A stretch of DNA of 63,449 nt, filler included, from Octopus bimaculoides (lineage: Eukaryota), in NCBI RefSeq assembly GCF_001194135.2. It is 7 parts of 6 records of this genome, joined end to end, with 100 filler letters (N's around TTAATTAATTAA, not from the genome) between each part and the next. Parts side by side here need not be neighbours in the genome. Positions count along the whole stretch, not along the records: positions 33,679 to 39,655 come from NC_068987.1; positions 39,756 to 52,008 come from NC_068990.1; 5 more parts are not named here. The stretch is one strand, 5' to 3'. Shown here one piece after another: positions 37,701 to 48,901 of this stretch (positions are counted from its first letter, which is position 1; each line of letters starts with the position of its first letter). The notes under the pieces were generated by a model. That model was given only the letters and a program-made list of their open reading frames with translations. It made no database searches and was not told where the DNA came from. The position numbers and the translations under genes are program-made.

Positions 37701-38772
37701 AGTTGCTTGTTAGTAAGCAGATAAGAGATAAGCTTGATTCGATCGCCTCCTTAGGATTTTTACCGCTTGCTCTGGTCAATGTGCCTTTAGATAGGATAAT
37801 TTTATGGACATTTGAAGGTTTAATATAGAAATAAACAGTGGTAGAGATAAGTGTTAGTGTTGAACAGCTGTGGATATGTAAAGACTAGAAAAAGTGTTCG
37901 GTTTGATGGTTTGATGGTAACTAGTCTGGAACATTTTATTAAGTAATTGACTGAAGGTAGAGCGACTTACTTCAAATGCAGGAAAAGAGCTTGCAGTAAT
38001 AACTGCAACTATTTATATAAGCACAAATTTGCACATGGATGGAGATTAACACATATATACAAAAATGTATCTGTCGATATTTAAATGTATCTCTATGTAC
38101 GTGTAGTGGAGCATATATCAGTGAATATCATACATGTTTACATATACGTCAGTGAGTCTTTCTCGTATTTAAGACGCAGTATTGATTTTGCCACAAACAT
38201 AGTTTTACTCGAAATACAACCTAGAAAAGTTATGTTTATAATATTACCATTTGCTGACCAGCAATAATGGCAAGTAGATGTTTAATGGAATCGACAACGT
38301 TACAAAATCCATTATTTCAAGTATTTTTGTACTCTTTCAATTGCTTGTGATCGGCAATAAATATATGAAATTTAACGACGCTACAATTTCATGGAATTTT
38401 TCAAGTTAAAATCGATGTTGCTTGTCGTTGCTGTTAAGACGACTTGTCAGTAGTATGAAGATGAGATCTGTTAATGTCCTCTGAGCCTCCACAAAACTAC
38501 GGCCTCGTATTGGGACACAACATACCGTAATGTGTCATATTTTCACAACAATCGCTTTTCTTACACTTGTGATGAAACTAAACCGAGGTTAGGTGGTCAG
38601 AATAACATTTAAAGAAATTTCCTTAATACCTATTAAAATAGTTCTGAAAACAATTTACATTGCATTGTTCATTCATGTTGCCTTATTGATATTATACAAT
38701 AATAGAAAATGGACAATATGTATATGATAGCACCTCTCCGCTTCTGTAATTATGGGTGGATTTAAAGTTATG

Positions 38773-38807
<35 letters not shown>

Positions 38808-39074
38808 NNNNNNNNNNNNNNNNNNNNNNNNNNNNNNNNNNNNNNNNNNNNNNNNNNNNNNNNNNNNNNNNNNNNNNNNNNNNNNNNNNNNNNNNNNNNN
38901 NNNNNNNNNNNNNNNNNNNNNNNNNNNNNNNNNNNNNNNNNNNNNNNNNNNNNNNNNNNNNNNNNNNNNNNNNNNNNNNNNNNNNNNNNNTTTGTGCTCG
39001 CATTACTTAAATAAATGGAGTAGCATGAAACGTGCGTACTACAATCATCTTTAAAGTCCGTGTTGCTTATTTTG

Positions 39075-39110
<36 letters not shown>

Positions 39111-39398
39111 CGTTTTTGTATTTGGCTTGCAAGATTCTTTATGTGAATTCGTGTGTTGAAGCATATTTTGTTGTGTCTGGGATGAGTCATTCTGTTTTAA
39201 TGCCTTAACACACTCACCGGTTCAATTTCTACTCATCTATTTTTTATTCTTTCTAAAATTTTCGTTGCTTCTTGCGACCTCTTCAATAATTGTTGACTCT
39301 GCCCGTTTGTGGAGCCAAGTTCTTTTTGTTTGTTTGTTTGTGCACATCTGTGTGCGTCAGTGTGCATGTGTATACACATATATATGTATGTACGTACG

Positions 39399-39432
<34 letters not shown>

Positions 39433-39868
39433 TGTATGTATGCGTGTGTGTACCTTTGCATTATGAATTCTGCATATTCATGTGTTTGTGTGTGCATGTT
39501 TGTGTGTTTGTATGTGAGTGTGTGTATGTGTGTTTATTTCTGAGTGTATCTCTGTCTCCTTGTGTGTACGTGTTTGAGTGTATCTATGTGTATGGGTTTG
39601 TGTGACTATGTACATACGTCTGTTATTTGTTGTTGTTGACGACGAGGATCTCAGCNNNNNNNNNNNNNNNNNNNNNNNNNNNNNNNNNNNNNNNNNNNNT
39701 TAATTAATTAANNNNNNNNNNNNNNNNNNNNNNNNNNNNNNNNNNNNNNNNNNNNTATTGTCATTATTTTCGAGACAGTAATTCTTGATACACCAAATAT
39801 TTCGACTGTTTTTTGTTACGCTAGCGCCCAGCATCATAGCATGATAAGTTTGAAATAACTATAAAAAT

Positions 39869-40107
39869 CATTATTTACATTTAACGGATATTTGTCCTCA
39901 TCTTGTTTGTTGTTAACACAACGTTTCGGATGATATACCCTTCAGCCTTCATCAGCTGTCTTGGAGAAATTTCGAACCTGGGTTCTCATTTCTAAGGTAT
40001 TTGTCGATGTTGTTGTTGATATAATTATTATTATTCAGGTCACTGCCTGGAATCGAACTCGGAACCTTGGGGTTAGTAGCCCACGCTCTTAACCACTACG
40101 CCATATG
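39869..40107 (-). mobile_element. tRNA-headed SINE-like element with hammerhead 3' domain (family E, second copy)
   Basis: Minus strand: TGGCGTAGTGGTTAAGAGCGTGGG...GAGTTCGATTCC, (AAT)/(AAC) run, hammerhead at 39915-39960. Confidence 0.85.
39915..39960 (-). ncRNA. Minimal type I hammerhead motif (family E, copy 3)
   Basis: GACAG-CTGATGA-A-GGCTG-AAGGGTATAT-CATCC-GAAAC-GTT-GTGTT; core intact, one mismatch each in stems I and II. Confidence 0.65.
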
Positions 40108-40322
40108 AGTGAATTTTAGGGCTAATAAATCTAATATTCTCCTATCCTTCCTTAATACCGGTTCCCATATGCTATGCTGTTCATATCTACATTCGGTCTG
40201 CTTAGGAGGTTGTTCTGTCCTAGCATATGTGCTGCTTCTTTTAGTTTTCGTATTTTGCATTGGTGTTCTCTGTCTATTACTTCTTCATCCCACAGGAGGA
40301 GGTGGTTTCCATTTTTCCCCAA

Positions 40323-40368
40323 GACACCTGATGAAGGCTGGAGGGTATATCAGCCGAAACGTTTTGTT
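40323..40368 (+). ncRNA. Minimal type I hammerhead motif (family E, copy 4, in inverted 3'-end fragment 40310-40450)
   Basis: GACAC-CTGATGA-A-GGCTG-GAGGGTATAT-CAGCC-GAAAC-GTT-TTGTT; perfect stem II, mismatch at the first pair of stem I. Confidence 0.7.
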
Positions 40369-40578
40369 AACAACAAACAAGATAAGGAAAAATATCTGTT
40401 AAATGCAAATAATGTAAATAATCTACATAATTCCGCATCTCTAAAATATAGAACTGAACTATAAAAACCTGAAAAGCTTGATTATTTTTATGATTTTTGA
40501 TTTATTATTAGTGCTGCTTAATATGTTTTGCTAAATTTTTTATTTCTTTTCATATATCATAAGAAAAAGGTAATTAAA

Positions 40579-41169
40579 ATGATAGATCTATCGGACTTTC
40601 AAAGAGGTCAAATTGTTGGTGTTCGTATGGCGGGCGCTAGCGTAACAAAAACAGTCGAAATATTTGGTGTATCAAGAATTACTGTCTCGAAAATAATGAC
40701 AGCCTTTGAGAAAGAGGGAAAAACCTCCTCGTCCAAATAAAACTCCGAAAGAAAACCAAAACTTTCAGATACGGACCGTCGGACTCTTACGTGAATTGTT
40801 AGAAAGGATCACAAAAGTACAGCTCCCAAAATTACTGCAGATCTTAATGACCACCTCAAGAACCCAGTTTCCACAAAAACTGTTCGTCGGGAGCTTCACA
40901 AAGCCGAATTTCAAGGGAGGGCTGCAATCAGAAAACCACTACTTTCAAAAACACACGTTGCAAAGCGTTTAGAGAGGAGTAAAAACCAACAATAACATTC
41001 TTTCACTGCTCTAGGGACCAATTGGTCCCTAGAGCAGTGAAAGAATGTTATTTTCTCGGTCGAGTTATCCTTTACCATATTTCCGACCACCGGCCGAGTA
41101 TACGTGAGGAGACAGCCAAAAAAGGCATTTGACCCAGACTGCCTTCTTCCAACTGTTAAACATGAAGGA
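40579..41169 (+). mobile_element. Tc1-family transposase remnant, 5' half
   Basis: MIDLSDFQRGQIVGVRMAGASVTKTVEIFGVSRITVSKIMTAFEKEGKT..., RAAIRKPLLSK, KNVIFSVE (FSDE motif), CLLPTVKH; stops and a short insertion. Confidence 0.9.
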
Positions 41170-41439
41170 TGTAAGGAAAAGTTGATCTCATCGGGATTTG
41201 AGTCTAGAATGTAAAAGGCAGCATAAAGACTATGACATTTTGTTCAACGTGCTCACGATTCTGTCAGTCCAACGCCGTGATTGTTAGCATGGACACAATG
41301 GCCGATCATTTTAGAGTTGAGTATAGTGGAAGTGGTCAAAATCGGTAGTAAGTGAGATGAACCTGAGATGAAAGTCCATTTAAACTAGGTTTCAATTAAC
41401 TAAAAGTTGTACTGATGCCTTCAGGTGAGCGAAGAACTT

Positions 41440-41630
41440 ATGCAGTCACTCGACCTGGTAAACATAATAGCCAAATCTCTTCCCCCATATTACTGTCTAA
41501 CACCATAATAAAGGGGTTGAACCTATTGGATATTGCAGTGCTGGAGTCGACATCATTGTGGCCGGAAGGACTTTGATTATTGTTCTGTCTTTTCAGGGTT
41601 CATCTGGACCTTAACAAATATAACAACAAC
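41440..41630 (+). repeat. Unclassified interspersed repeat, family F
   Basis: CTCGACCTG.TA.A.AT..AGCCAAATCT-like motif, also near 29540-29580 (minus), 32465-32495 (plus) and 50335-50365 (minus). Confidence 0.5.
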
Positions 41631-41744
41631 AACAGACAGAAATAGTAGTTTACGCGAGTATTCATATCAGCAGTAACAGATAATTATTCCCAAGACTCTT
41701 TGAAATTGAAGAACGATTTCTCCTATCCATTATATAGAATAGTG

Positions 41745-42850
41745 AGGTGGCGAGCTAGCACTGGAAAAGATATTTTGTGGTGTTTACAGTGGCTACTTAC
41801 ATTCTGAGTTCAAACTCCGCTGTGGTCAATTTTGCCTTTCATTGTTTCGAGATCGATAAAATGAAATACCAGTCAAGCACTGATATTGATGGTATCGACT
41901 GACCTCCTTCCCTCAAAATTGTTGGCCTTGTGCCAAAATCAGAAACCAATGATTGTGGAGTGGCAAAACTGCTAGAAAATTGGACAGAATTCTTTGCTGC
42001 TTTTGTTCCGGTTTGTTATCTTCGAAGTTTAAAAATCAATTTGGTCAACTTTCTTACTTGTAAGTTAATAAAATAATGTACCAGTCAGGTACTTAAGGTC
42101 ATTTAACCGCTTGTTTCCTCATTCAAAATTGCTGCTCTTGTGCTTTTGCTAGATATTATAATAAAGTATCAGGCGACGAACTGAACGACATTTCGCCCGT
42201 CCTTACATCCTGAGTTCAAATTCTACCGAGGTCGACTTTGCCTTTTATCCTTTCAGGGCCGATAAAATTTCAGGCCTTGTATCTATAGTAGAAAGGATTA
42301 TTAAAATAGTCTTATTTATATAAATAATTTGAAGTAGCTAACTAGTACTAATTCTACCGGATCCTGGAAAAATTAAAGAAAATATCAATGATAGCTGGAT
42401 TAGAACCCAGAAAATACAAACAAGCAAGCACGTCTCAAATTAACACAAAAGCGAAAAACAACCAAAAACGATAATGGAGTATAATTTTTGAATCTAGTTA
42501 CAATACATTATTGGTATGTGTATTTATAAATTTACCACCCCACAACGTGTGAGCTCTGAGACATAATGGGATGTAATTAAATATTTATTTAGGTACACAA
42601 AACAACGAATTTGTTGTTAATGTTCTTACTGAAATTTAAGGTGGCGAGGTTCTAGAATTGTTAACACGGCAGACAAAATGTTCAGCACCAGTCTTTGTGT
42701 TCTGAGTTCAAAATCCGCTAAGCTTGACTTTGCCTTTTATTTTTTCGGGGTCGATGGAGACAAGTACCAGTTGAATACTGGATGGTCGATGTAATTGACT
42801 TACACCTCCCTCTAAACTGCTGGCCATTGTGCCATAATTTGAAACCAATG
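41745..42850 (+). mobile_element. Cluster of four same-orientation family A SINEs (about 41745-41945, 41955-42160, 42170-42300, 42638-42850)
   Basis: Repeated GG(T/C)GGCGAG heads, TCTGAGTTCAAA, GTC.ACTTTGCCTTT and GGCCTTGTGCC tails. Confidence 0.8.
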
Positions 42851-42940
42851 TCTTCATTGAAATTGTTTAGCACCAGAACAGTCTTGATCGAACAGATCAA
42901 TGATCAAATGTGCCTCAGCCTTGATCTGCACCAGCATATA

Positions 42941-43834
42941 AGTGGTTTGATCAACAAGTATCCGGACTGTTTTCATATTAACGAAGCTAGAACATGCAGA
43001 GTGAAGCCGCTTGGCACAAATTGATCTTGAACTCTGTTGTGCATGTGCACTAAGTTTTAACGTTCTAGCTCACTTCCGCTGGTTACAGCAGCGCTTGGAA
43101 GGAAAGTGTGTAGCGTGTGATCGTCGTACGACCATGACAGAGAAAACTGAGCAGGGAATCTGCATCAAATTTTGTCAAAAGTTTGACGATATCTGCTCAG
43201 AGGCCAACGCAAAGTTTTCAAAATGTTTTCATCGTTTTCGACACAATCAAGGAGATATTGTGCAACTGAAACCCGAATATCTTCTTGGTCAGTTGAAGGT
43301 AGTTTTGGCACAAACTTGGCAGACACGCGTCTCATACCCAAATCTTCAGTGATAATGGACTGAACGTAGCCGTAACTAATCTGCACATCCTCTGATAACT
43401 GATGGATGATGATTCGACAAGTTCCCTTCACAGCTGCACGCACATCTGTGATGTTTTTCTCAGTTCTGCTGGTTGCGGGTCTCCCAGAACGTTCGTCAAT
43501 ATCGTCGTTTTTCAGCTGTCTTGGAAAAATCTGAACTACTCGTACACTTGTGTGTAGCTCATATACTATTTCTCAATACACATTCTGCAAATTTGCGTAG
43601 GTCCCTTTACAGCAGTGCTTGGCAAGAAGGTGTGTAGAATGGTCAATGCGACGATCACATGCTACACACCTTCTTGCCAAGCACTGCTGTAAACAGCGGA
43701 AGTCAGCTAGAACATTAAAGCTTATTGTGCGTGCACAGCAGAGTTTAAGGTCAATCTTTACCAAGCGGCTTCACTCTACGTGCTTTAGCTTCGTTACTAT
43801 GGCAACAGTCCGGATACTTATTGATCAGACCTAG
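42941..43834. mobile_element. Mariner-derived non-autonomous element made of two opposed 5' ends, TA TSD
   Basis: TA at 42939-42940 and 43835-43836; about 190-bp inverted termini; plus-strand MTEKTEQGICIKFCQK and minus-strand EDLGMRRVSAKFVPKL mariner N-terminal motifs. Confidence 0.88.
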
Positions 43835-44539
43835 TATATTTGCTTATTCAATTATAATGTATTTTGTACATTATAATGTATTTCATTTTTTTTTTTGGAA
43901 AAACAAGCTAAGTTGTGATTTTCTGCAATTTAGCTGCTATTTCTAAGAAGTCTCCATTATTANNNNNNNNNNNNNNNNNNNNNNNNNNNNNNNNNNNNNN
44001 NNNNNNNNNNNNNNNNNNNNNNNNNNNNNNNNNNNNNNNNNNNNNNNNNNNNNNNNNNNNNNNNNNNNNNNNNNNNNNNNNNNNNNNNNNNNNNNNNNNN
44101 NNNNNNNNNNNNNNNNNNNNNNNNNNNNNNNNNNNNNNNNNNNNNNNNNNNNNNNNNNNNNNNNNNNNNNNNNNNNNNNNNNNNNNNNNNNNNNNNNNNN
44201 NNNNNNNNNNNNNNNNNNNNNNNNNNNNNNNNNNNNNNNNNNNNNNNNNNNNNNNNNNNNNNNNNNNNNNNNNNNNNNNNNNNNNNNNNNNNNNNNNNNN
44301 NNNNNNNNNNNNNNNNNNNNNNNNNNNNNNNNNNNNNNNNNNNNNNNNNNNNNNNNNNNNNNNNNNNNNNNNNNNNNNNNNNNNNNNNNNNNNNNNNNNN
44401 NNNNNNNNNNNNNNNNNNNNNNNNNNNNNNNNNNNNNNNNNNNNNNNNNNNNNNNNNNNNNNNNNNNNNNNNNNNNNNNNNNNNNNNNNNNTGTGCAATT
44501 AATTGTCAGCTAATGTGTGTTGAGTAAATAGAAAGTATA

Positions 44540-44571
44540 TTTGACCATGTTGCGTGAGCGTGTGTGTGTGT

Positions 44572-44617
<46 letters not shown>

Positions 44618-45215
44618 TGTAGTGTGTGTGTAGTGTGTGTAGTGTGTGTGTATATGTATGTGTATGTGTGTGTGTATGTATGTGTGTGCCTATGTGTATC
44701 CTGGGAAATAGATATAGGTGTGGAGTGCTCCTGTATGAGGTGGTGTGAATAAAGAAGAGTAGTATGTATGTGTGTGTGAGTGTTGTGTGTGTGGGTTGTG
44801 TGTGTGTGTGTTGTGTGTGTGTGTGAGAGAGCACTCTTTAGAATCGATGTTGATATTGTGTGTTATGTGTGGGTGGTGTGAACAAAGCAGAATAACATAT
44901 TTGTGAGTGTGTGTGCGTATATGAGCTCTAGAGAATAGATGTGCTTTGGAGAATAGATGTGCTGTGGAAGTGATATGATACAGTGTAGATGGTGTAATAA
45001 TAGCGTGTGGGGCACGAAGGGCGTAAGCAGGGTGTGTGAGTAGCAAAGTATACGTCAGATTTTGTGAATGTGTGTATATGTGTGAGTGTGTGTATTGTGT
45101 GAATGTGTGTATATATGTGGTTGCGGTGTGCTGTTGTGTAAGTAGTGGTGTGAACATATTCGAGTAGTGGTAAATGAGTAGTGTGTGTATCTGTGTGTTA
45201 GAATGACAGTGCACT
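44540..45215. repeat. Degenerate (GT)-rich low-complexity tract
   Basis: Directly visible; the His/Thr-rich ORFs here are artefacts. Confidence 0.85.
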
Positions 45216-46168
45216 TTGCGTGAGATTCTGTTAAGGTGGGTGGCAGTTGAAATGTGAGGGCGTTTATCGTTGTGTCAAGGATGGGAATGTAGTGTTCTTT
45301 AACGAAGTCAACTCGATTATAAAATAACTAACTGAGCTAGTTTATCGTCAACCGAAATATTTGTTGTTGTTCACAGCGTATTCAGGCAACGGGTGCTCCC
45401 TGTTGTGTACAATACTGCAAATGGAGAGATGCAGGTAAGTATGCTCTGAAGAAATGAGGCGACAGGTTATATGCCTGAGTAAGCCAACGCTGTTGTGTTC
45501 AACGTGCGACAAGTGTCCCTAAAACGTTCAGCAAAATGTGGATCAGTTTTCCCAATGTAATATAAAACGATTTGGAATTCTATGTTGGTGATTGCTGAGG
45601 TGCAAATGAAATAGTCGGTGCTATGGAAGGATTAGCTAGATTTGTTTAGGTTGAGGAAGTTTGGGACAAAAAGAGCGAGAGCAGGGGTAGGCAAATAATC
45701 TACGTTGTGTGTTAAGGACGAAGAAATTGGGAACTGGAACGTTCCATTTGCGGAGAACGAAGGTCGAGTGTGTTCAGAGATGGACCGATTAAAGGGAACA
45801 GACGTTCGAAGCATTTTTAAAAAATAAGGAATCATAATCTGCTTTCTCTTTTACCCCTTTTTCTTTACTATATATCTCTCTCTTCTGTATCATTCTGCGT
45901 GTGTAATGCAAACACGAGAAGTTACTCTTGATTAAGTTGGCCATATCCAGTTCAAACCTGAGGAGCCGTTCGGCGCTTCGTCATGCAGTGACGAAGAACC
46001 TTCCAATTTGACAATGGGGTCTATTTACTCAGCGAGGTTGAACTTTTATTTATCAAGCGAATACATGTAGACTTATTCACAATTAGTGTGTGTGTGTTTC
46101 GGTTTGTCCCTCACCTCTAGTGTTGGTTTGTTTACGCTCCCGTAATTTTGCGTTGCGGTAACACACAC

Positions 46169-46265
<97 letters not shown>

Positions 46266-46267
46266 AG

Positions 46268-46378
46268 ACAAGCTTCTTTCAGTTTCCGGCGATCAAATCC
46301 TCCACGAAGGCTTTGACTGGCTTGGCCCGGACACCAAAACCATGTGGTTGGGAAGCAAACTTCTTATTACACAGCCCG
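46268..46378 (-). mobile_element. SINE family B/C 5' half, internally deleted
   Basis: AGCTTCTTTCAGTTTCCG...AAGGCTTTG...CCATGTGGTTGGGAAGC matches 29140-29290. Confidence 0.7.
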
Positions 46379-46842
46379 TCTGTTTTCTTTTTATAATTCT
46401 TCTCGTTTCATTTAATTTCATTTTACTTACTTAACTGTCTATCTATCTTGCTTGATAGTTAGCTAAAGATTGATTCAGAGAACTGAATTTTTTTAACGTA
46501 TTCGCATGAATTTATAGAATAATGTCCTGAGATAAATTTACTAAATTTTTATATATTTCATCTCCACTTCATCTCTTTTATTTTTCTTCGGTTTCTTGAC
46601 TAGAACTTTATTTTATCGACCTCGAAATGTTGGAAAAAAATAGTTGTTCTCAACAGTTTTTGAAGTCACAACGCATAGTGTTTAACCAACAGAATACGTT
46701 TTCCTGATATGTGTTTTCTTTGTACTTTTTTTGCTTCATTTGCTTATCTCCTTTCGATATAAAAATGTATATATGTATGTTCTAAGTTTTAGGTTTCCAA
46801 TAATTCGTAGTTAGTCTCATTTTTTTCTTCTTAGCATACTGA

Positions 46843-47050
46843 AGCGGCGAGCTGGCAGGATTATGTGATCGTCTGACAAAATGACTTTGCCGTATAGGTT
46901 CTGAGGTTCAATTCAGACACATGTCAAATTCGTCTTTTATCCTTACGGTGTCGATAAATCAAACTGACAATGAAGTGCTGGGTCATTGGTGTCGAGTAAT
47001 ACTCGCCTCCTCTAAAAACTGGCGGCCTTGTGCCTAAAACAGAAACTATT
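46843..47050 (+). mobile_element. SINE family A, diverged
   Basis: GCGGCGAGCTGGCAG head, GGTGTCGATAAAT, GGCCTTGTGCCTAAAAC tail. Confidence 0.75.
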
Positions 47051-47189
47051 AATCTACCGGAGTATCGAACCATTTTTGTAGTTAGCTTTCTAATTTTGAT
47101 TGTCAAACGAGGGGGTAGGGGTGTGACAAACACCGAAACAAAGACATACACACAGACACAAAGACACACACACACACACTCGTATATGT

Positions 47190-47470
47190 GTGAAGGCACA
47201 TAGCCAAGTGGTTAGGTGTGTCATACGATCGGGAGATCGTGGTTTCGATTCCCCGACCGGCTGCAGGTTCAGTTCTTCAGCAAAGCACTTCATTTCACAT
47301 CACCCCAGTCCACTCAACTATAAATGGGTAACCCTGCAACGGAGGAGCTTTATGATCGGGAGAGGGAATGTTGGCCTGCTTGGTTTGCCAGCGGGCCAGC
47401 ATCATTCAGCGAGCTAAAACGATGCAAAACGCATTGCGACCAGCAATGTACAACAGCATCTAATTGTCTA
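47190..47470 (+). mobile_element. tRNA-derived SINE, family D (alternative 3' end)
   Basis: GAAGGCACATAGCCAAGTGGTTAGG...GGTTTCGATTCCCCGACCGG...AGCAAAGCACTTCATTTCAC. Confidence 0.8.
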
Positions 47471-47479
47471 GTCGATCAT

Positions 47480-47499
<20 letters not shown>

Positions 47500-47523
<24 letters not shown>

Positions 47524-47700
47524 GAATAAAAAAGAAGGACGAAGACAGGTAGTGTAGAAAATAAACAGATGTATCAGTATAACGCTCGGGAAGTGAAAAG
47601 GTCTTTAACGTTTCGAGCCTATGCTCTTCCACAGAAAGGAACACGGAAAGAAACAAGGAGAGAAAAAAGGAATGTGTAGTGGCTAGCGATCTATCATGGC
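47500..47700 (-). mobile_element. Penelope-like 3' end fragment (family H), hammerhead-like motif at 47601-47640
   Basis: Minus strand TTCCTTT-CTGTGGA-A-GAGC-ATAG-GCTC-GAAAC-GTT-AAAGAC, colinear with 16540-16690. Confidence 0.6.
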
Positions 47701-48100
47701 GAATATATATATATGATGAGTTTCCACACAGTTTACGTGTACTTAATTTGCTCAGAAAACAATGTGAAGCGCAGTGGGACAGAACACGAAACACTGTGGC
47801 TGCAAACCAGCTTCTTAANNNNNNNNNNNNNNNNNNNNNNNNNNNNNNNNNNNNNNNNNNNNNNNNNNNNNNNNNNNNNNNNNNNNNNNNNNNNNNNNNN
47901 NNNNNNNNNNNNNNNNNNNNNNNNNNNNNNNNNNNNNNNNNNNNNNNNNNNNNNNNNNNNNNNNNNNNNNNNNNNNNNNNNNNNNNNNNNNNNNNNNNNN
48001 NNNNNNNNNNNNNNNNNNNNNNNNNNNNNNNNNNNNNNNNNNNNNNNNNNNNNNNNNNNNNNNNNNNNNNNNNNNNNNNNNNNNNNNNNNNNNNNNNNNN

Positions 48101-48169
<69 letters not shown>

Positions 48170-48174
48170 AATAT

Positions 48175-48385
48175 GTGTGTGTGTCTTTGTCCTTCACCAT
48201 CACTTGACAACCGGTGTTAGTGAGTTTTATGTCCCCGTAATTTAAAGTTTCAGCAAGAGGGAAAGATAGAACGAGTACCAGGCTTAAAAACAAAGAAAAG
48301 GCACTGGGGTCGATTCGTTCGACTAAAAATTCTTCAAGGTGATGCTCCATCATGGCCGCAGTCTAAGACTGAAGCAAGTGCAAGA
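48175..48385 (+). mobile_element. SINE family B/C 3' half
   Basis: CACCATCACTTGACAACCGGTG...GGGGTCGATTCGTTCGACT...CATGGCCGCAGTC. Confidence 0.8.
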
Positions 48386-48849
48386 TGACCAATTATCTAA
48401 AATACATGCATATATGTAAGTGACATTCGATAAAACAGGATTATTCAGGAAATTAGAACTTCAACACTATGGGGGTATAAGGCCTGCCGTCATTGGTTAA
48501 AAGCGTTCCCTTAAAACCCCAAAGCGGCACTGAGTTGCCCCGAATGTGATAATGTTCACTGGATAAACTTGCCTCCACAATATAATTGTAATGATTCTTC
48601 CTTGCATTGTACAAAAAGGCAAACAGAATAACAGAATTTTAGGTAAAGAGGGTACAGTTGATTGAAGTGCCCTTTGTACGCACCTGGTTTTTAATTTATG
48701 GAAATCTGAGGAAGCATAATGGATGATATGAGAAATTCGAGATGATATCGTTGTAGGGTGCTCTATCGTTGTCTGCGATTCTAGTCCATCGTCTCTCACT
48801 ACACACATACATACATACATACATACATACACACACATATATGTACGTA

Positions 48850-48901
<52 letters not shown>

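Noticed and set aside
40060-40107. tRNA genes at tRNA-like heads (here and 16930-16979, 31640-31699, 47190-47250)
   Set aside because: They have A/B boxes but run on into shared SINE bodies with no complete acceptor stem.
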